Assembly: GCA_965215265.1 (NCBI GenBank)
Contig: OZ244048.1
Span: 3,424,001 to 3,488,000 of the forward strand
From: Candidatus Poribacteria bacterium
Lineage (GTDB): Bacteria; Poribacteria; WGA-4E; WGA-3G
DNA: 64,000 nt
Direction of reading: 5' to 3'
The notes beneath the pieces were generated by a model. The model saw nothing but the letters and a program-made list of their open reading frames with translations, was not told the DNA's origin and searched no databases. Of the stretch, positions 63,354-64,000 are shown piece after piece. The position numbers were made by a program, and so were the translations under genes. How positions within the stretch are numbered: the stretch's first letter is position 1; the number at the start of each line of letters is the position of its first letter.

Positions 63354-64000
63354 CTATCTGGTGTTTTTAATATCCGCCCAAGTCGTGCTCAGTTTGTCTG
63401 CCGGTTCAATGGCAAACGGATTTCCTGGGCCATTCGCAAGGTGCTCGACTTCTTTTTCAGAGAGTGCCCGGTGGAACATCAAAAATTCATCCATCAGTCC
63501 TCCGAACGCCCATGTGGGGCCCACCCCGGCATCAAAGGCCCCTGCTTCTGAGCCAATTCCAATAAATCCGAACCGTTCTAGCCCCGCGCCGATAACTTTC
63601 GCTGGGGCATCTACCTTTGCATCCAACTTACCATCAACGTATATCCGTTTCTCCTTGCCATCAAATGTGGCAGCAACATGGTGCCACTTTTCATCTGTAA
63701 CCTTAGTCTCACCATGCCAATCATGACAACAAGGACAACACGTATCAAAAGCGACGAAGGTTGTGTTACCGAGCAGGTCATCACCCGCAGCAAAACGGAA
63801 GAATTCACTCCTGTCCCAAGAGGCAATCATTCCATTTTTATCTGTTTTAATCCATGCAGCAAGGCTGAGTGCTTCAATCGGTTCGTTGTAATGGTGTTCC
63901 CGTACTGAAATATACTCGGCTGCGTTCCCCGGAAACTCCATACACTCCCCGACTTTGCCTTTGACTATCTCAAGGTTATTGCCGTGAAGGAAGCCGTCAT
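63354..64000 (-). CDS. LamG-like jellyroll protein (5' end outside the window)
   Basis: Frame open to the window edge; WHHVAATFDG..RIYVDG, GLMDEF; tail AIEPADKLSTTWADIK. Confidence 0.85.
   Translation of the reverse strand, partial: DGFLHGNNLEIVKGKVGECMEFPGNAAEYISVREHHYNEPIEALSLAAWIKTDKNGMIASWDRSEFFRFAAGDDLLGNTTFVAFDTCCPCCHDWHGETKVTDEKWHHVAATFDGKEKRIYVDGKLDAKVDAPAKVIGAGLERFGFIGIGSEAGAFDAGVGPTWAFGGLMDEFLMFHRALSEKEVEHLANGPGNPFAIEPADKLSTTWADIKNTR

Overview
A 64-kb chromosomal segment of a diderm bacterium. The gene content (many Gfo/Idh/MocA and PhyH-family genes, a sulfatase, an internalin-type LRR protein, a LamG protein with a 'KLxTTWAxIK' tail) resembles Candidatus Poribacteria; this assignment is inference. 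Core genes are rtcB (partial), ppdK, recA, thpR, pgsA, a LolA-like gene, metH, mutL, lysA, smc, comF and an L-rhamnose isomerase. There is a complete Pup-proteasome operon (arc-dop-pup-prcB-prcA-pafA). Two accessory islands stand out: 1.4-8.3 kb (type ISP restriction-modification gene, PD-(D/E)XK nuclease-like gene, duplicated C-terminal module) and 30.6-34.9 kb (LRR surface protein, paralogous nuclease-like gene, direct repeats). Top observation: the first gene of each island is preceded by the same 25-nt motif, A-C9-TT-N-TAT-N-TGTTAAGT, which ends a short leader ORF in PPP-x-I-C-stop. Removing one C fuses the leader to the LRR gene. At the R-M gene, adding or removing one C lets the leader read through an intrinsic terminator up to the start codon. 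This is a candidate shared frameshift or phase-variation switch. Also notable are conserved internal SD+ATG starts in the nuclease-like genes (candidate intragenic antitoxins, one present as a stand-alone tandem copy) and a family of ~75-bp intergenic repeat arms. No rRNA, tRNA or CRISPR array was recognised. All calls come from reading the sequence; no searches were run.
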